Origin: Octopus sinensis | Lineage: Eukaryota | Direction of reading: 5' to 3' | NCBI RefSeq assembly: GCF_006345805.1 | Contig: NC_043002.1 | Coordinates: forward strand, 51,894,001 to 51,958,000 | Length of the DNA: 64,000 nucleotides | Part shown: one piece after another, positions 27,194 to 40,159 of the stretch | Layout of the letters: every line of letters begins with the position of its first letter | Position numbering within the stretch: position 1 is the stretch's first letter | Notes under the pieces: model-generated | The model's database searches: none | What the model was told of the DNA's origin: nothing | Seen by the model: the letters and a program-made list of their open reading frames with translations, nothing else | Translations under genes and position numbers: made by a program

Positions 27194-27195
<2 letters not shown>
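27114..27195 (-). mobile_element. CORE-type SINE family B 5' fragment fused to the LINE
   Basis: GTTTCCGTCTACCAAATCCCCTCACAAGG...CACTTGCTCAAGGGGCCATGCGCC; same strand as the LINE, joined at GGAAAC/GGAAC microhomology. Confidence 0.75.
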
Positions 27196-27240
<45 letters not shown>

Positions 27241-27333
27241 ACATATATATATATATATACATATACATACGTATATTCATATACATATATATACATATGC
27301 ATATACAAATATGTATATACATATATATATATA

Positions 27334-27708
27334 CTAGCAGTATCGCCCGGCGTTGCTCAGGTTTGTAAGGGAAATAACTATAAAGCATTTTTAGAGAGTT
27401 ATAGCCAAAAAATAGAAAAAAATTGGAAAAAATGATGGTACATTTTTTTTTGAGATTTAAAAAAGGTGGAGTTGCGTCCTCTAGACAGTTTGTGGTTCGT
27501 GTTTCTGATTGTCGACCCCATGTCGAATTTATCGATTTTTTTCAAAACTGGGGTAACTTTTCAAAATTTTCGCTGCGTTAGTTTTGAATTATGACATTGG
27601 GCTATGTGTGTGTCAAGTTTCATCAGAATCGGTTGAAAGCCGTGGTCAGGGTGAGGGTACAAGCAAACAGACACACAGAAACGCGCACAGACAAACTCCC
27701 GTTTATAT

Positions 27709-27711
<3 letters not shown>
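27334..27711 (-). mobile_element. Non-autonomous Helitron-like element
   Basis: On the minus strand: 5' TC start (A|TCTATATAAAC), 3' GC-rich hairpin-like CCTGAGCAACGCCGGG shortly before terminal CTAG|T; inserted between A and T within a (TA)n tract; no TSD. Confidence 0.75.
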
Positions 27712-27757
<46 letters not shown>

Positions 27758-27789
27758 TATACATATATGCATACATACATACATACATG

Positions 27790-27840
<51 letters not shown>

Positions 27841-27861
27841 ACATACACACACACACACATG

Positions 27862-28246
27862 TGGAAGCACTCCGTCGGTTACGACGATGAGGGTTCCGGT
27901 TGATCCGAATCAACGGAACTACAGCCTGCTCGTGAAATTAACGTGTAAGTGGCTGAGCACTCCACAGACACGTGCACCCTTAACGTAGTTCTCGGGGATA
28001 TTCAGCGTGACACAGAGAGTGACAAGGCCGGCCCCTTGAAATACAGGTACAACAGAAACAGGAAGTAAGAATGAGAGAAAGTTGTGGGGAAAGAGTACAC
28101 CAGGGATCACCACCATCCCCTGCCGGAGCCTCGTGGAGCTTTTAGGTGTTTTCGCTCAATAAACACTCACAACGCCCGGTCTGGGAATCGAAACCGCGAT
28201 CCTATGACCGCGAGTCCGCTGCCCTAACCACTGGGCCATTGCGCCT

Positions 28247-28250
<4 letters not shown>
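27862..28250 (-). mobile_element. tRNA-derived SINE family C, near-intact
   Basis: Reverse complement head GTGGAGGCGCAATGGCCCAGTGGTTAGGGCAGCGG...GCGGTTTCGATTCCCAG; flanked by (CA)n on both sides. Confidence 0.85.
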
Positions 28251-28289
<39 letters not shown>

Positions 28290-28455
28290 CATGCGACGGA
28301 TTTCTTTCAGTTTCCGTCTACCAAATCCACTCGCAAGGCTTTGGTTGGCTGGAAAGTATAGTAGAAGACACTTGGCGAAGGTGCCACGCAGTGGGACTGA
28401 ATCCTCGACCATGTGGTTGGGAAACAAGCTTCTCACCACCCACCCACGCCTGCGC
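28290..28455 (-). mobile_element. CORE-type SINE family B, 5' part
   Basis: TTTCAGTTTCCGTCTACCAAATCC...CACTTGGCGAAGGTGCCACGCAGTGGGACTGAA. Confidence 0.8.
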
Positions 28456-29586
28456 TGCACATATGTAATTGGTTCTTATAGAATTCAAAGTGAACCATAG
28501 ATCTTTCCAGTAAGTTGTTATTGTGCATGATCTACATTCTCGAAAATTCTGTTTCGTAAATAAAGTTCATCTAGTTTTGCTTCTAATAAATCTGTTTACT
28601 TTCATTGATTTCTGTCATAAGATATGTTAGTAATACCTCATATTAATAGAAATATCTGAGGATTGTTAATAAAGCGTTAACATTTAGATTAAAATTTATT
28701 TTTCGTTCTGAAATAGAAAATAAATTACTTTAGCCTATATTTTAAGTTGTTTTCATGCTTTTCAAATAAAAATTCACTTTTTCAATTTCTGTTATCTATT
28801 ACCCAATCGTATCCAGTTGGTTCAATTTTATTAGCAGGTTTTCAAATTTTAAAGGAAAATTTTATTCTAGTTATTAAAAATTGAAATTACATTGCATTTA
28901 TTTTGTTGCCAAATTTCTATAATTTCATCCTTTAACAAATATGCTTGAGGGTAGCGCCTTCCTCTCTACCCTCACTTTGCTTTCCATGCGGGATTTTAAA
29001 AAATCGATTAGAAATTGGCTGAAGAAGAAAGTTTTTGTCATCAGTCTTTTTGGTTGTAAGTTCGAGATTTCAATTACAAATTTCACTGTTATAACAGTGG
29101 AAATGATAAATAAGTAAAAACTAAAAAAGAAATGAAATTTCTACCATTGTTTCTGAAGTTTTATAATTTGTTTTCTTGTAGCAAGAATTCCTGCAAGATA
29201 TTTGATATTTAAATGCATTCATCAAGAAACTAAACAGTCTTACATGTACAGAATTTATCAAGAATTGCATAATTCTAGTGGATTTTGCAATGATTTTCTT
29301 TTTTACACAATGTAATAAAAATGATATTTCAGTTTTTTATTAAATAACGCGTCGTTCATTGCCAGTAGTTATTATCTTTTCCGGCATTTTGTTTTTATGT
29401 CCCCCAAAGGCATTTCGAATTTTCCAGAGAAATAGAAATATATACATAAACTCTATCGATTATATTACAGAAAAGTTTCTTTTATGGTATCAAATAAATT
29501 TTGAAATAAATAACTAAAAATATTTTCCTGTCATTAAATACACGAACAACTAATAGTTAATTCCTTATTTTTAGCTGTTAGTATAA

Positions 29587-30195
29587 AAGGCAGCTGGAGA
29601 AATGCTTTGCGGTATTTCGTCTGCCGCTACGTTCTGAGTTCAAATTCCGCCGAGGTCGACTTTGCCTTTCATCCTTTCTGGGTCGATAAATTAAGTACCA
29701 GTTATGCACTTGGGTCGATGTAATCGACTTAATCCGTTTGTCTGTCGTTGTTTGTCCGCTCTGTGTTTAGCCCCTTGTGGGTAGTAAAGAAATAAGTATT
29801 TTGTCTGCCGCTACGTTCTGAGTTCAAATTCCACCGAGGTTGACTTTGCCTTTCTACCTTTCGGGGTCGATTATATAAATACGAGTTATGCACTGGGGTC
29901 GATGAAATTGACTAGCCCCGCCCCCAAATTTTAGACCTTGTGCCTATAGTAGAAAGGATTATTTTTTCAGCAAGAAGACGGCGTGCTGGCGGAATCGTTA
30001 GCACGCCGGGCGAAATGCTTAGCGGTGTTTCGTCTGTCGCTACTTTCTGAGTTCAAATTCCGCCGAGGTCGACTTTGCCATTCATCCTTTCGGGGTCGAT
30101 AAATTAAGTAGCAATCGAGTACTGGGGTCGATGTGATCGATTATACTCCTCCCCACAAAGAGCCAGGCCTTGTGCCAAACTAGAAAGGATTATTT
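29587..30195 (+). mobile_element. Cluster of three tandem SINE family A units
   Basis: Units begin near 29587, 29796 (junction AAAGAAATA|AGTATT) and 29978. Confidence 0.85.
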
Positions 30196-30244
30196 CTTTC
30201 AGAAAGAAGACACTGAACTGGCATAAGCGTTAGCACGCCGGGCT

Positions 30245-30433
30245 TGAAATTTGGGGGAGGTGGTTAGTTGATTACATCGACCCCAGTACTCAACTGGAAC
30301 TTAATTTATCGATCCTGAAAGGGTGAAAGGCAAAGTCGATCTCGGCGGAATTTGAATTCAGAACTTAAGGACGGACGAAATGCCGTTAAGCATTTTGCCG
30401 AGTGTGTTAACAATTCTACCAGCTCGCCGCCTT
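30245..30433 (-). mobile_element. SINE family A, inverted relative to the adjacent cluster
   Basis: Reverse complement of the family A body and head (...ACCAGCTCGCCGCCTT). Confidence 0.85.
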
Positions 30434-32331
30434 AGATCTAATAATAATAATGACAATATAACGCCCATATATATTTTTATTCTGAATTTATCCTAATTTT
30501 GAGTAAAATATAGAAACACATTTCACTGCTAAAACACCTTTCCTATTTTGAATACAGTAAACACAGAAAAATATAGTGGAAAAGATAAAATATCTACTAA
30601 AGAAATATGTTAAATCAAAGAAATAAGTTTTCTTAATTTTGTTTCCAATATGATTTGCAGACGTCAGGATTAATCTTCAAAAATTTAGATATCAAAACTA
30701 GAGTCTAAATATTTCAAGTTTATCACAATTTCATTGTGGAATTTTGGTTATAATATCGTTTATACAAACGAATAGCAGTTGCTGTTGAATCCATTGTTCT
30801 TTTATTTGTATGAAAATAAATAATTACGAAAAGTTTTGTTGAAGTATGGACTATCTTTCTTTCGACTCCACATTGTCCCTCATACCTCAATGGATTTTAG
30901 GGATTATTATAAAGGGGATGAGTGATATTGGGAGGCTCCCAAGAAGTCTTCCAACATAATTCCATTCACATAAATCGACCCCGGTATTTGTCAGCTTCTT
31001 TATTTCATCAACGCCGTAAGTATGAAAATCAAAGTTGACGCTAACGGTATTTGAAAGCAGAACGTAACGCTCCATAGTTAAATACCGCATGCATTTTATC
31101 AGGTACTCTAACTTCAACTCCTGTCTGCTACTCTGTTGCCGTAGTTTCCCATTCATTCACGTCGCTAAAAAGAAAGAAATGAATGCTGCATAGCCTCACT
31201 TTGTTCTGATACATATCTCTGTTTATGCAAGAAAAGGTCAGATTGTTACAGAACATTCGATCTGGATGCAGTACACCAAAGAATTGGACGTCTGTTCAAA
31301 TTTAGTTCGCTATTCTACCATCAAGTTGTGTCCGCTCCCTATTTTTACTTGCCCCGTATAAGCTCAATAGGGAAGTGGGGTAGGGAAGTTTAGTACTTTA
31401 GTCGACGTTATGGCTGGAACATTTAAGGGTATAGTGAAAACATTGCAGTTGTATCATTAGTCTTTAAAATTTTTTTCCTGTAACATCTCCAATAACAACA
31501 ATAAAAGGGACGTCTTTGAATATAAATCTGCTCGATCACAGCCCACCTGATGTTACGGCTCGCCAACAGAAAATAACTCTCTAATTCACATTCATAGAAC
31601 TACTTCTAAGAATTTGTCATTGTCTCAGTACTAAAAACCCGAATTTAACTTGCATGCAAACTTCGATACTACGTACACAACAGGATATCTATCATTGTTT
31701 CATATCAAATTAAGTACTATTAATGTTACCAGCTAAATAATTCACAGCACAATCTCACAAGTATTTCATTTTGTTCCTATTGTTGAAGATAAAGTAACTA
31801 AGAAACATTTAATCGAAGTGTGGTACTCAACACTTCGATTAATCAGTTGTAGAAACCTATCTTTCTAGCGCTAAGACTGTATGTGAAATATAAGGGATAT
31901 TTGTGGAGACGGAACTGTGAGCATGTAATACTTAAAGGTTTTAATTAGATAATTATAAATGAATGAAAAGAACCTTAATCAGTAAAATTGTTGCCAGGCA
32001 ATCTTTTGTTTGAATTTCATTACTATTCTTTTCAATTTTTTATTCTGTTTCAAGTTGGTAATTCTAAGTTTATTATCATATCACACACCAACGCACACGC
32101 GCGTACATACTTAAGTAAGTATATGTATACACATACACGCACACACACACACACATCCCTATGTTACGATAATAAGACAGATAATTGAACCAATTGACAT
32201 ACAAGAATACGAAACAAGACTCAAATGTATGTGTGACTGGAGTAATACCAATATATTACACATAAGAAATACATATTCCTTCTCTTATATTAGCTTAATT
32301 CACATAGATTTTATGTACGCATATGCAAGAT

Positions 32332-32380
<49 letters not shown>

Positions 32381-32630
32381 ATATATGAAATTTATGCAGA
32401 TTGACATATTTATGGGCATTATTTGTAAATTAGCATATAACCCACTGCCCACTTTTTTTTTTAACAGAGTGTTTAAAATAAAAGTTAATCAAGATAGCAG
32501 GAACTACACAAAAATTCCTGGCTAACGATGACTGATCGATTGGTGATGTTAAAAAGATCAAAGTCAACAGAACCTATATGTTTGTAATACCATATGACAA
32601 AGTTCAACTCGAAGAAATGTCATGATAAAG

Positions 32631-33178
32631 GCGCGGGTGTAGTAAAAAGTTTGTCTCAACCACATGGTTCCGAGTTCAGTTTCACCTTCGGCAAGTGTCG
32701 TTTATTATAACCTCGGGCATACCAAAGCCTTGTGAGTGTATTTGATAGACAGAAACTAAAATATATATGTGTGTGTGTGTGTATGTGTGTGTGTTTGTAC
32801 CCCACTGCTTGACAACCGGTGTTGGTGTGTTTACGTCAAAAATACCGATAGAATAAATACCAGGCTTAATAAATAAGTACTGGGGTCGATTAATTAATTC
32901 GGCTAAAAATTCAAAGCGGTGCAGCCTAATGACTGAAACAAATTAATGATAATATGTGTGTGTGTGAGTGTGTGTGTGTGTGTGTGTGTGGTGTGTGTGT
33001 GTGTGTGTGTGTGTGCGTGCGTGTGTTAGTCCTCCACTGCTTGACAAGCGGTTTTGGTTTGTTTGCGTCTCCGGCAAAAGAGACCGATAGAATAAAAAAG
33101 CATAAGTACTTGGTCGATTCGTTTGACTAAAAGGTCTCCCAGAATGGTCGCAGCCTAACAACTGAAACAAGTAAAAAA
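32631..33178 (+). mobile_element. CORE-type SINE family B plus a second partial 3' unit
   Basis: AACCACATGGTTCCGAGTTCAGT...GGCAAGTGTC...(TG)n...CTTGACAACCGGTG...GACTGAAACAA, with the (TG)n-to-tail part repeated at 32955-33178. Confidence 0.75.
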
Positions 33179-33385
33179 TAGAAGATACTTATGAGAACTG
33201 GTATCAACTAAATTGCTAACAGTTGCAATGGAACTGCGTCGAGGGAACGGGTTCGCAGTTTAAGGACGAATATTTTGACGCCTCAAGCAATATGTATTTT
33301 CAAATGATTGAAATGACAGTTCTACAACGTAAATACTACAGTTTCGACACCACATGATCTCAGATTAGATCAAATCCAAGATATA

Positions 33386-33456
<71 letters not shown>

Positions 33457-35863
33457 CGTGTGTGTGTGCGTGTTTGCGTTCTTTTGGCCATTGTAGTTGT
33501 TCCAAGTACATTGGATGTTCCAAGTACAATGAATACTGAAATACACCGGATCATCTGGGGAACAGTTTGTTGCATTATGTTACAGATCAAATAACTCAAC
33601 CAAATGTGCTGGGAACGTTCTAATCATACGCTCCAAATAACCACAGCAGTGAAACGTACGTAGGAAACAAATAATATAAACTTCTGCTTATAATTTCTCC
33701 TATATTTGCTCTGTGTACCATAGCCGGTAATACTTCTAAGTACATTAGTAACCAAAATCACTATACCTTTTCTTTCATTTTTTAAGTGTTTATAAATATG
33801 TACCAGTCCAGCACTAATGCTGAGCCTTTTCTCGTTCCCCTTCCTCCTCTATCTTTCTCCACACGTCCCCCTCCTTCCTCTCTCTCTTTCTCTCTCTCTC
33901 CCTCTCTGAATGGTACTTGTAATTCAGAATTACAGCCTTATCACATTGCGTCACACTGATTCGGTTTGGAAATTTGGTAACAATATCTGCGGAATATTCA
34001 GCTGCATATATGCTAATTCGAGATCTAGGAGTTTAATTGGCCCAATAAAAGAACGCTCACCGTCGAGACCAGCGTAGAATCCACCACAGATACTGTTTAA
34101 CAGAATACTTGACATTACATTGTCTGTGATGTAACATAAAAAGGTGAAATAAAAGATCGTTGTTGAAAATAATTATTTTGATACAATGTATTCTCAAACT
34201 CATACAACATAAGGTACTTTCCTTCAAAGAGGCTTGACACGAACATTTCTAATGTTCTAATGTAATAGAGAATAAAAGGGTTTTTGTCAATGTTTCTCTC
34301 ACTCTTTATTTTTATTTTTTCACTCCTTTTGTCTCTCGGCTAAGAATATTTCTTATTTCTAGCCTTCCTAACCGCAGCAGCAGATTGTTCCTTTTCCTTT
34401 GCCACGCTATTCTATTCCTTTCCTTTGACATTTTCCTTGCGCTGTCTAACTCTTTGTGGCCGTATTTATAAGAAGATTCTTCGTAAATACGTGTTCTTTT
34501 ATCTGCATGGTTTGAGCCTGAAGAACACCATTATCATTTTCGTCTGTTCAAGCTAGACATTCCGTCGCTACTAGGTAAACGTTTCCCCTCTTTCTGTGGT
34601 CCTTATCGATTTAAAGCTGAATCTATTCAACATCTCTTGTCAATTTAAGCATTTAGTCTGCAGCGTATATAACACATATAAAGGATCTGTTTGGTCTGGT
34701 ATTCGCAATGTTATTTTAGAAATTTCTACCTGAAGATATGTAGGGTTTAGTCTTAGACGCAAAGAATCAGTCACCTGTCTTTAGCTATCCAAAAAGCTAA
34801 ACGCATTTAAAAAGAGCATTATGGAAATTTCTTTTTAGAAATCTTTCTCACCTTTAAGAATTGTTCTAAAATTTTTGCTTGAAAAAGCAATTCTATGGAA
34901 ACGAAAAACAACAGAGATAATAAATCGACAAAGCAATATAAGGAAGACTGAATGACAATTAAGTAAACATAAACAAAAAAAAAAGGAAGAATATGGTAAA
35001 GAAGTAGATTCAAAGGAGAGAAAAAAAAGTAAAACGGTTGGAAGAGGTATTACAATAGAGAGATAAGTGTGAAATGGTTGAAAAGAAAGGAAAAATATTT
35101 CAGGTTTACCGAACCTGATAATAATACCATTGTTATTGATAATAAATATTATTGCTATTTGTTGAAAATGTAACACACCAATGATGCTGACCATACAATA
35201 TTAGTAATGACTCATAATTTGCTAGAATGAAAAAATCTTAAGGTTTGTAAAAAATTTTGTACTAATATTATTTATATTTACTGAGGCAGGGATAGTGGAC
35301 TATTCTACGACACAAGAAATACTTTCCTTTAACGCAAAGAAAAAATATTCACAATTTTTCTGAAAAAGCAAATGTCCAAGATGTTTATCTGTTTATTAAC
35401 TACGGTCATCAGGCAGTAATTGGCCGGGAAGGTAAGGCATCAGATAAAACGCCTCACGATATTTTACTGACGTCATAAGAATTTGTAAATTTTGGGAGAA
35501 CGTGAAATAATTATTTTATGGATCAGTGGATCTCGAAGCACATAAAGTTATAAATAATAGTATATTGGGTTAAAAAACTCTCTTGGAGAGAAAACTTGTA
35601 AAGTCAAATAATAGAATACTTGTCGTGTCCATAGGGATTCGTGTCCATGTGGGTTCGTCTCCATGTGGGTTCGTGTCCCACGAACAGCCTTCGACATTTT
35701 CTGTCCAAAAGAGATTTTAAAATTAATATTTACATGCTGTTATTTATGTCTTTATGAGCTTCAATATCCACTGTTCCAAAGAAGAATTACCAATATGTTT
35801 TTTCTGCCAAAATAAACAGCAGTCATGTACTGACAGCGACTCAGTTAACTTAACCTGCCTATA

Positions 35864-36090
35864 CAGTTTGGCCCCAAAGTAGATTTACACTTTAAATTTC
35901 TTTTAAAACATTTTATTACATTTAAATTTCTTTCTTGCAAACTGAAAAGGGAGCTTGACAAAATTTACTAAATTAGCATAGAATAATGGTTTTATATATT
36001 TTTATAATTTATTATTAAGATCTAAACTGTTAATATATAAATGCGAAAGAGACAGCTGAATAACTGTAAACCTACTTTTGGGCTACCCTG
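35864..36090. mobile_element. Tc1/mariner-type MITE (227 bp)
   Basis: 29-bp TIRs CAGTTTGGCCCCAAAGTAGATTTACACTT versus rc CAGGGTAGCCCAAAAGTAGGTTTACAGTT (23/29), TA on both sides, AT-rich non-coding interior. Confidence 0.75.
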
Positions 36091-37619
36091 TATATAGAAA
36101 ATACTGGTTTGAAATTATGGAACAAGGTCAGCAAATTCATGAGTGGGGTAGTCAATTACAGCGACCTCGGTGCTCAACTGGTACTTATATTATCGACCTC
36201 GAAAGGAATTGTACTAAGATTTTTGCTTAAAAAGCCATTATATGGAGACGAAATACAAAGAGGTAAGAAATCGATTATGGAATATAAGGAAAAGTCAACC
36301 TCGGCGAAATTTGAAGTAAGAATATGAAGACGGACGAAACGCCGCAAAGCATTTTGCTCGGCGTGCTAACGACCGTCCTTATGTATATGAAAATATTAAT
36401 TACTGTTAAAATCAAAAGAATCTGTATCTATTTCCCGATTATTTATAATTTAACAATTACGCAGCTAATTTTCGTTTTCTTCTTTTCTTTTATGAATTTT
36501 TCTCCTATAAGTCATATATAAACTTTTCATTTTCCTATACTGACATGCAGAGAGAACTTTTGTATTTTTGGCCATTGTATCAAGTAACGGCTCAAACACA
36601 AATAAGAACGGCGATTACGTATATGTCAGTTTAGTTCGCATTTCATTTCATGTATCAAGAAGATTTAAAATTTCTATTCTCCAAAACTTAGAATAATAAT
36701 GAAGTGCAAAATGCGTAAAAAATTTCATAAGTTACTGATCGCGATTTATCAAAATTAATAGCAACTGTTTGAGGGCAAAATACAAAGTTCCAAGGGGAAC
36801 TTGCGAATAATATTTGAAAAAAGAAAAATCTTCATATCTCAAGGAATGTTAACTGTAAATTTCTTCGCAAATCAATAAACCGATTTTCATAAACAAGCTA
36901 CTCTAACAAAACTGTGAATGTTATTCATAGATTTCACTCTCGTCTCGTTTTCTTTGTTTCAAGTCTTGTAAACCAGCCATACCATTCTCCTATACGTTCT
37001 TGATAAACAGCGAAACACAAGATTGTCAGACAGATCCCTTATAAGCATATATTACAGCGAGAAATTTACTTTCTAAGAAGGTTCTAGTTAGCTTGCTTGT
37101 AAATTGTCAGTGACGTTGATATACGAATTTGTCTGGGATTTGAACTGGCAAATATATACAAACTAAAATCGGAGAAATTTTTGCCGATAAAAAATACATA
37201 ATTATAAGAATAGTCTTTTTATCTACAGGTTCTTCTATCTGTGTAGTTTAAAGCTGAAAAACAAATTTATCGTCGGCTTCGTTTCAAGATAAAGAAAAAC
37301 ATACGAGGTGTATACGAGATGTTTCAATTTATTTCTGCAAGATTTAATACAAAGCAAAATGTCTGCATCAGGGTAGCATAGTTTCTGTCAATTGACACAA
37401 TAGTAGCATATTACTGGAATGTATTGAATAATCGTGATCCGCTATTTAATCAATCTTTTTATTTCTAAAGTACAAAGAACTAGCAAAAACATAAATCAAA
37501 CCAATAGTGTGGTAAAAACTGTATCACTAAAGCTGATTCTCAATGCTTACTAACCCTATACAAAACTCAACTAAGACCAACAATGAAATGCTTCCGCCCA
37601 TATAGGGACAGTGCTGCTA

Positions 37620-37910
37620 CTACAATGCAAAGGTTCTAAACCAAATACACCTTAAACTAACTCCACTGATTGTCGTAAAGTTGCTCACCATTACACTCCA
37701 ATCTCTTCTCCACAGACATGTTGTATCCCCATTGTGCTTTTCTCCTGCCACTATAATGGTTTCTGTTCGCTGGAGATGGCTACCTCCCTTCATCACGTCT
37801 TTCCGACTCATTTGTCTCACTTCCTTGTTATCCATAGTAGTTTAAGTTGAGGACCCTCTCACATATCGCCAGTATTTTCTCCGCGAGAGCACTGTTTTCT
37901 CTTCCAATGC
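37620..37910 (-). mobile_element. Possible highly decayed RTE-clade LINE 3' fragment
   Basis: Broken minus translation EKTVLS...RG...L.W.DNKEV resembles RTE LEKT.M.G..EG.R.RGR.R.RW.D; weak. Confidence 0.35.
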
Positions 37911-39044
37911 TTTTCATCTAGGCATTAACATATAGCTATTCAAGCGGTATGGCAACTGCATAGACCTCACCGGCATTCAAAGACTAGAAGTATAACTCCT
38001 CCTCCAGAATAAACATTAGAAAAAAAAGAGACAAGTCCCAATTATTGATTGACAGATTCTGTAAAATTATCTCCAATCGCAAGCAGATCGGAGTTTATTT
38101 AACATAACTGCTGATGCTATAGTCCTTAGAAAACATATAAACAGTTAAATGCGAGTAAAATGAGCAAAGACTCTTACTAAATCATGGACTTGCTATCAGC
38201 AATAGCAATGCTTAAGCACAGGCTACCTACCATGTCATTCACGACCATCCAAATTTCAAATGCTTTCTGTAATTTTGCCCGTGATCAACTCCATTTTTTA
38301 GAGCATTATGTAATACATGTTGAAATGTTTTTTGAGACAATAAGCTGAGAAATTTGAGAGATTTAGCAGTTATTTCATACAGGTCGAGTGACTTTAGGAC
38401 AGCTCCCATTTTGGGTTTTAGAGTAGATTTCTTATAGTAGGTACAGCCTCATTAGTTCCTATCAAAGAGGAAAATAACATTACGAGACGCCCATTCCTTT
38501 CTCAAAGTCTTCACTATCCAGTAAGAGACATGACTATAATCGAATACGGAAATCGATTCACATGTTCACAGTAGGAGGAACATTGTATTACTATAACGTA
38601 TTTTATCGATGTTGAAAGCATGAAACGACAAATTAATACATGTGAGATTTGAACTTAGAAGAAAATGTGAAGTTCGCAAGTAGTTAAGATAAATCAACTA
38701 ATCTACCTGGCGCCCCATCGTCTCGAATAGTGAGTTGGATTAAGAAATAAGCTCCCAAAACACCGAATTGGGGTCTCGGTTTTAATTCTTATTTTAAGCA
38801 AGTTCACTCTATTTAATCTCACTAATAAAAAAAAAGCATGAACATCACTACAAGCCGTTTCATGTCCCTGATATCTTGAGCTTAGCTAACAGATAATCAA
38901 TGTTTATTGTTAATATAGTCACAAAACTTAAAAATTAATCAATATCAGTAACAATTAAGGCGAAGGAAATACATTACATTAAAAGATTTTAGATGCGTTT
39001 AAACGCATCTATCTTTCATTGTACAAGAGACGGAATAATGGTTT

Positions 39045-39248
39045 CAAATTTTGACACAAGGTCAGTAAGTTTGGGGATGGGAGTAAGTCGATTGCATTGA
39101 CCCCAGTGTTCAACTGGTACTTATTTTATCGAATCCAAAATGATGAAGGCATAATGGACCTCGGTGGAATTTTAGAACGTAAAGACGGAAGAAATGACGC
39201 TTAGCATCTTGTCGGGTGTGCTAATGACTCTGCCAGCTCACCACCTTA
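39045..39248 (-). mobile_element. SINE family A, diverged
   Basis: GACCCCAGTGTTCAACTGGTACTTATTTTATCG...GCCAGCTCACCACCTT. Confidence 0.75.
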
Positions 39249-40159
39249 AAACCAAGGGAAATATTAGTTTTAGTTTCATCGACCATAATTCGCACAGTCT
39301 TACCAAATTTATTTCCGTATGTGAGCGAGAAACCATTAGTAGTTGGTGATGGTTTACACCCCAGCTCAACCCAGATTGAGCAAACCTGTGTTCAAATACT
39401 ATCAAGCTGAGAACACCAACCTAGTCTTTATTTATGATACAATGTTTTAATAACACATAATCTTGGATACCCACATTTCTTTTCCTTTTAAGACCGTAGG
39501 TTGCGATTTAAAGGCAGCCTGATTCATTGTCAAGTAACTCTGCCGACCACATAGAGGCCTCTCTTTGGCTCGAACCATTTTTAGGCATAATAGTTGGGAA
39601 GCGCTGTAGTATTACTGGAGAATCGAGACCATGACATAGTTTTGATATGATTAAAGTCATTTCACTGCATCCATGATGCTGATACACTTGGGAAAAGCAT
39701 TGACTATACAATGTGCCATTCATTTATTTTAAAATGAAGGTATTTGTATAGTTAAAAAATTTTTTTTTTCTTAAATTGACAACTCAGCAATTTTGTGTTT
39801 TCAGGGAGTATCAAGGAGAGATAATAGAAAGACTGATATTCATACTCTACCCTACCCTCAGCACTTCTCAAATGGGAATTTAAACTGCTTTACTGTCTTG
39901 AATTATCACGAGTTTACAATTTGCCGCTGTTGTTCCTTAAATGATACCGAACAAAGTTTTTTGTGAGTTAGAAACGATTATCTCATATATTTGGGGGTTT
40001 GGTTAGTTGGTTGTATATTCCATGTCTTTTTGAAGAGATTTAGAGGTTTAAGACAATTAAATAAATTCAAAGATTGATGGAGATCGCATCGCGACTCCAG
40101 CTTACCAGAATCTTGCATTTTGACCAAAGTTGCCTTCCAAATACCTGTTAACTTTTACT

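Noticed and set aside
27862-28250. tRNA genes at SINE heads
   Set aside because: A/B boxes are present but there is no complete cloverleaf, and the heads continue into SINE bodies.
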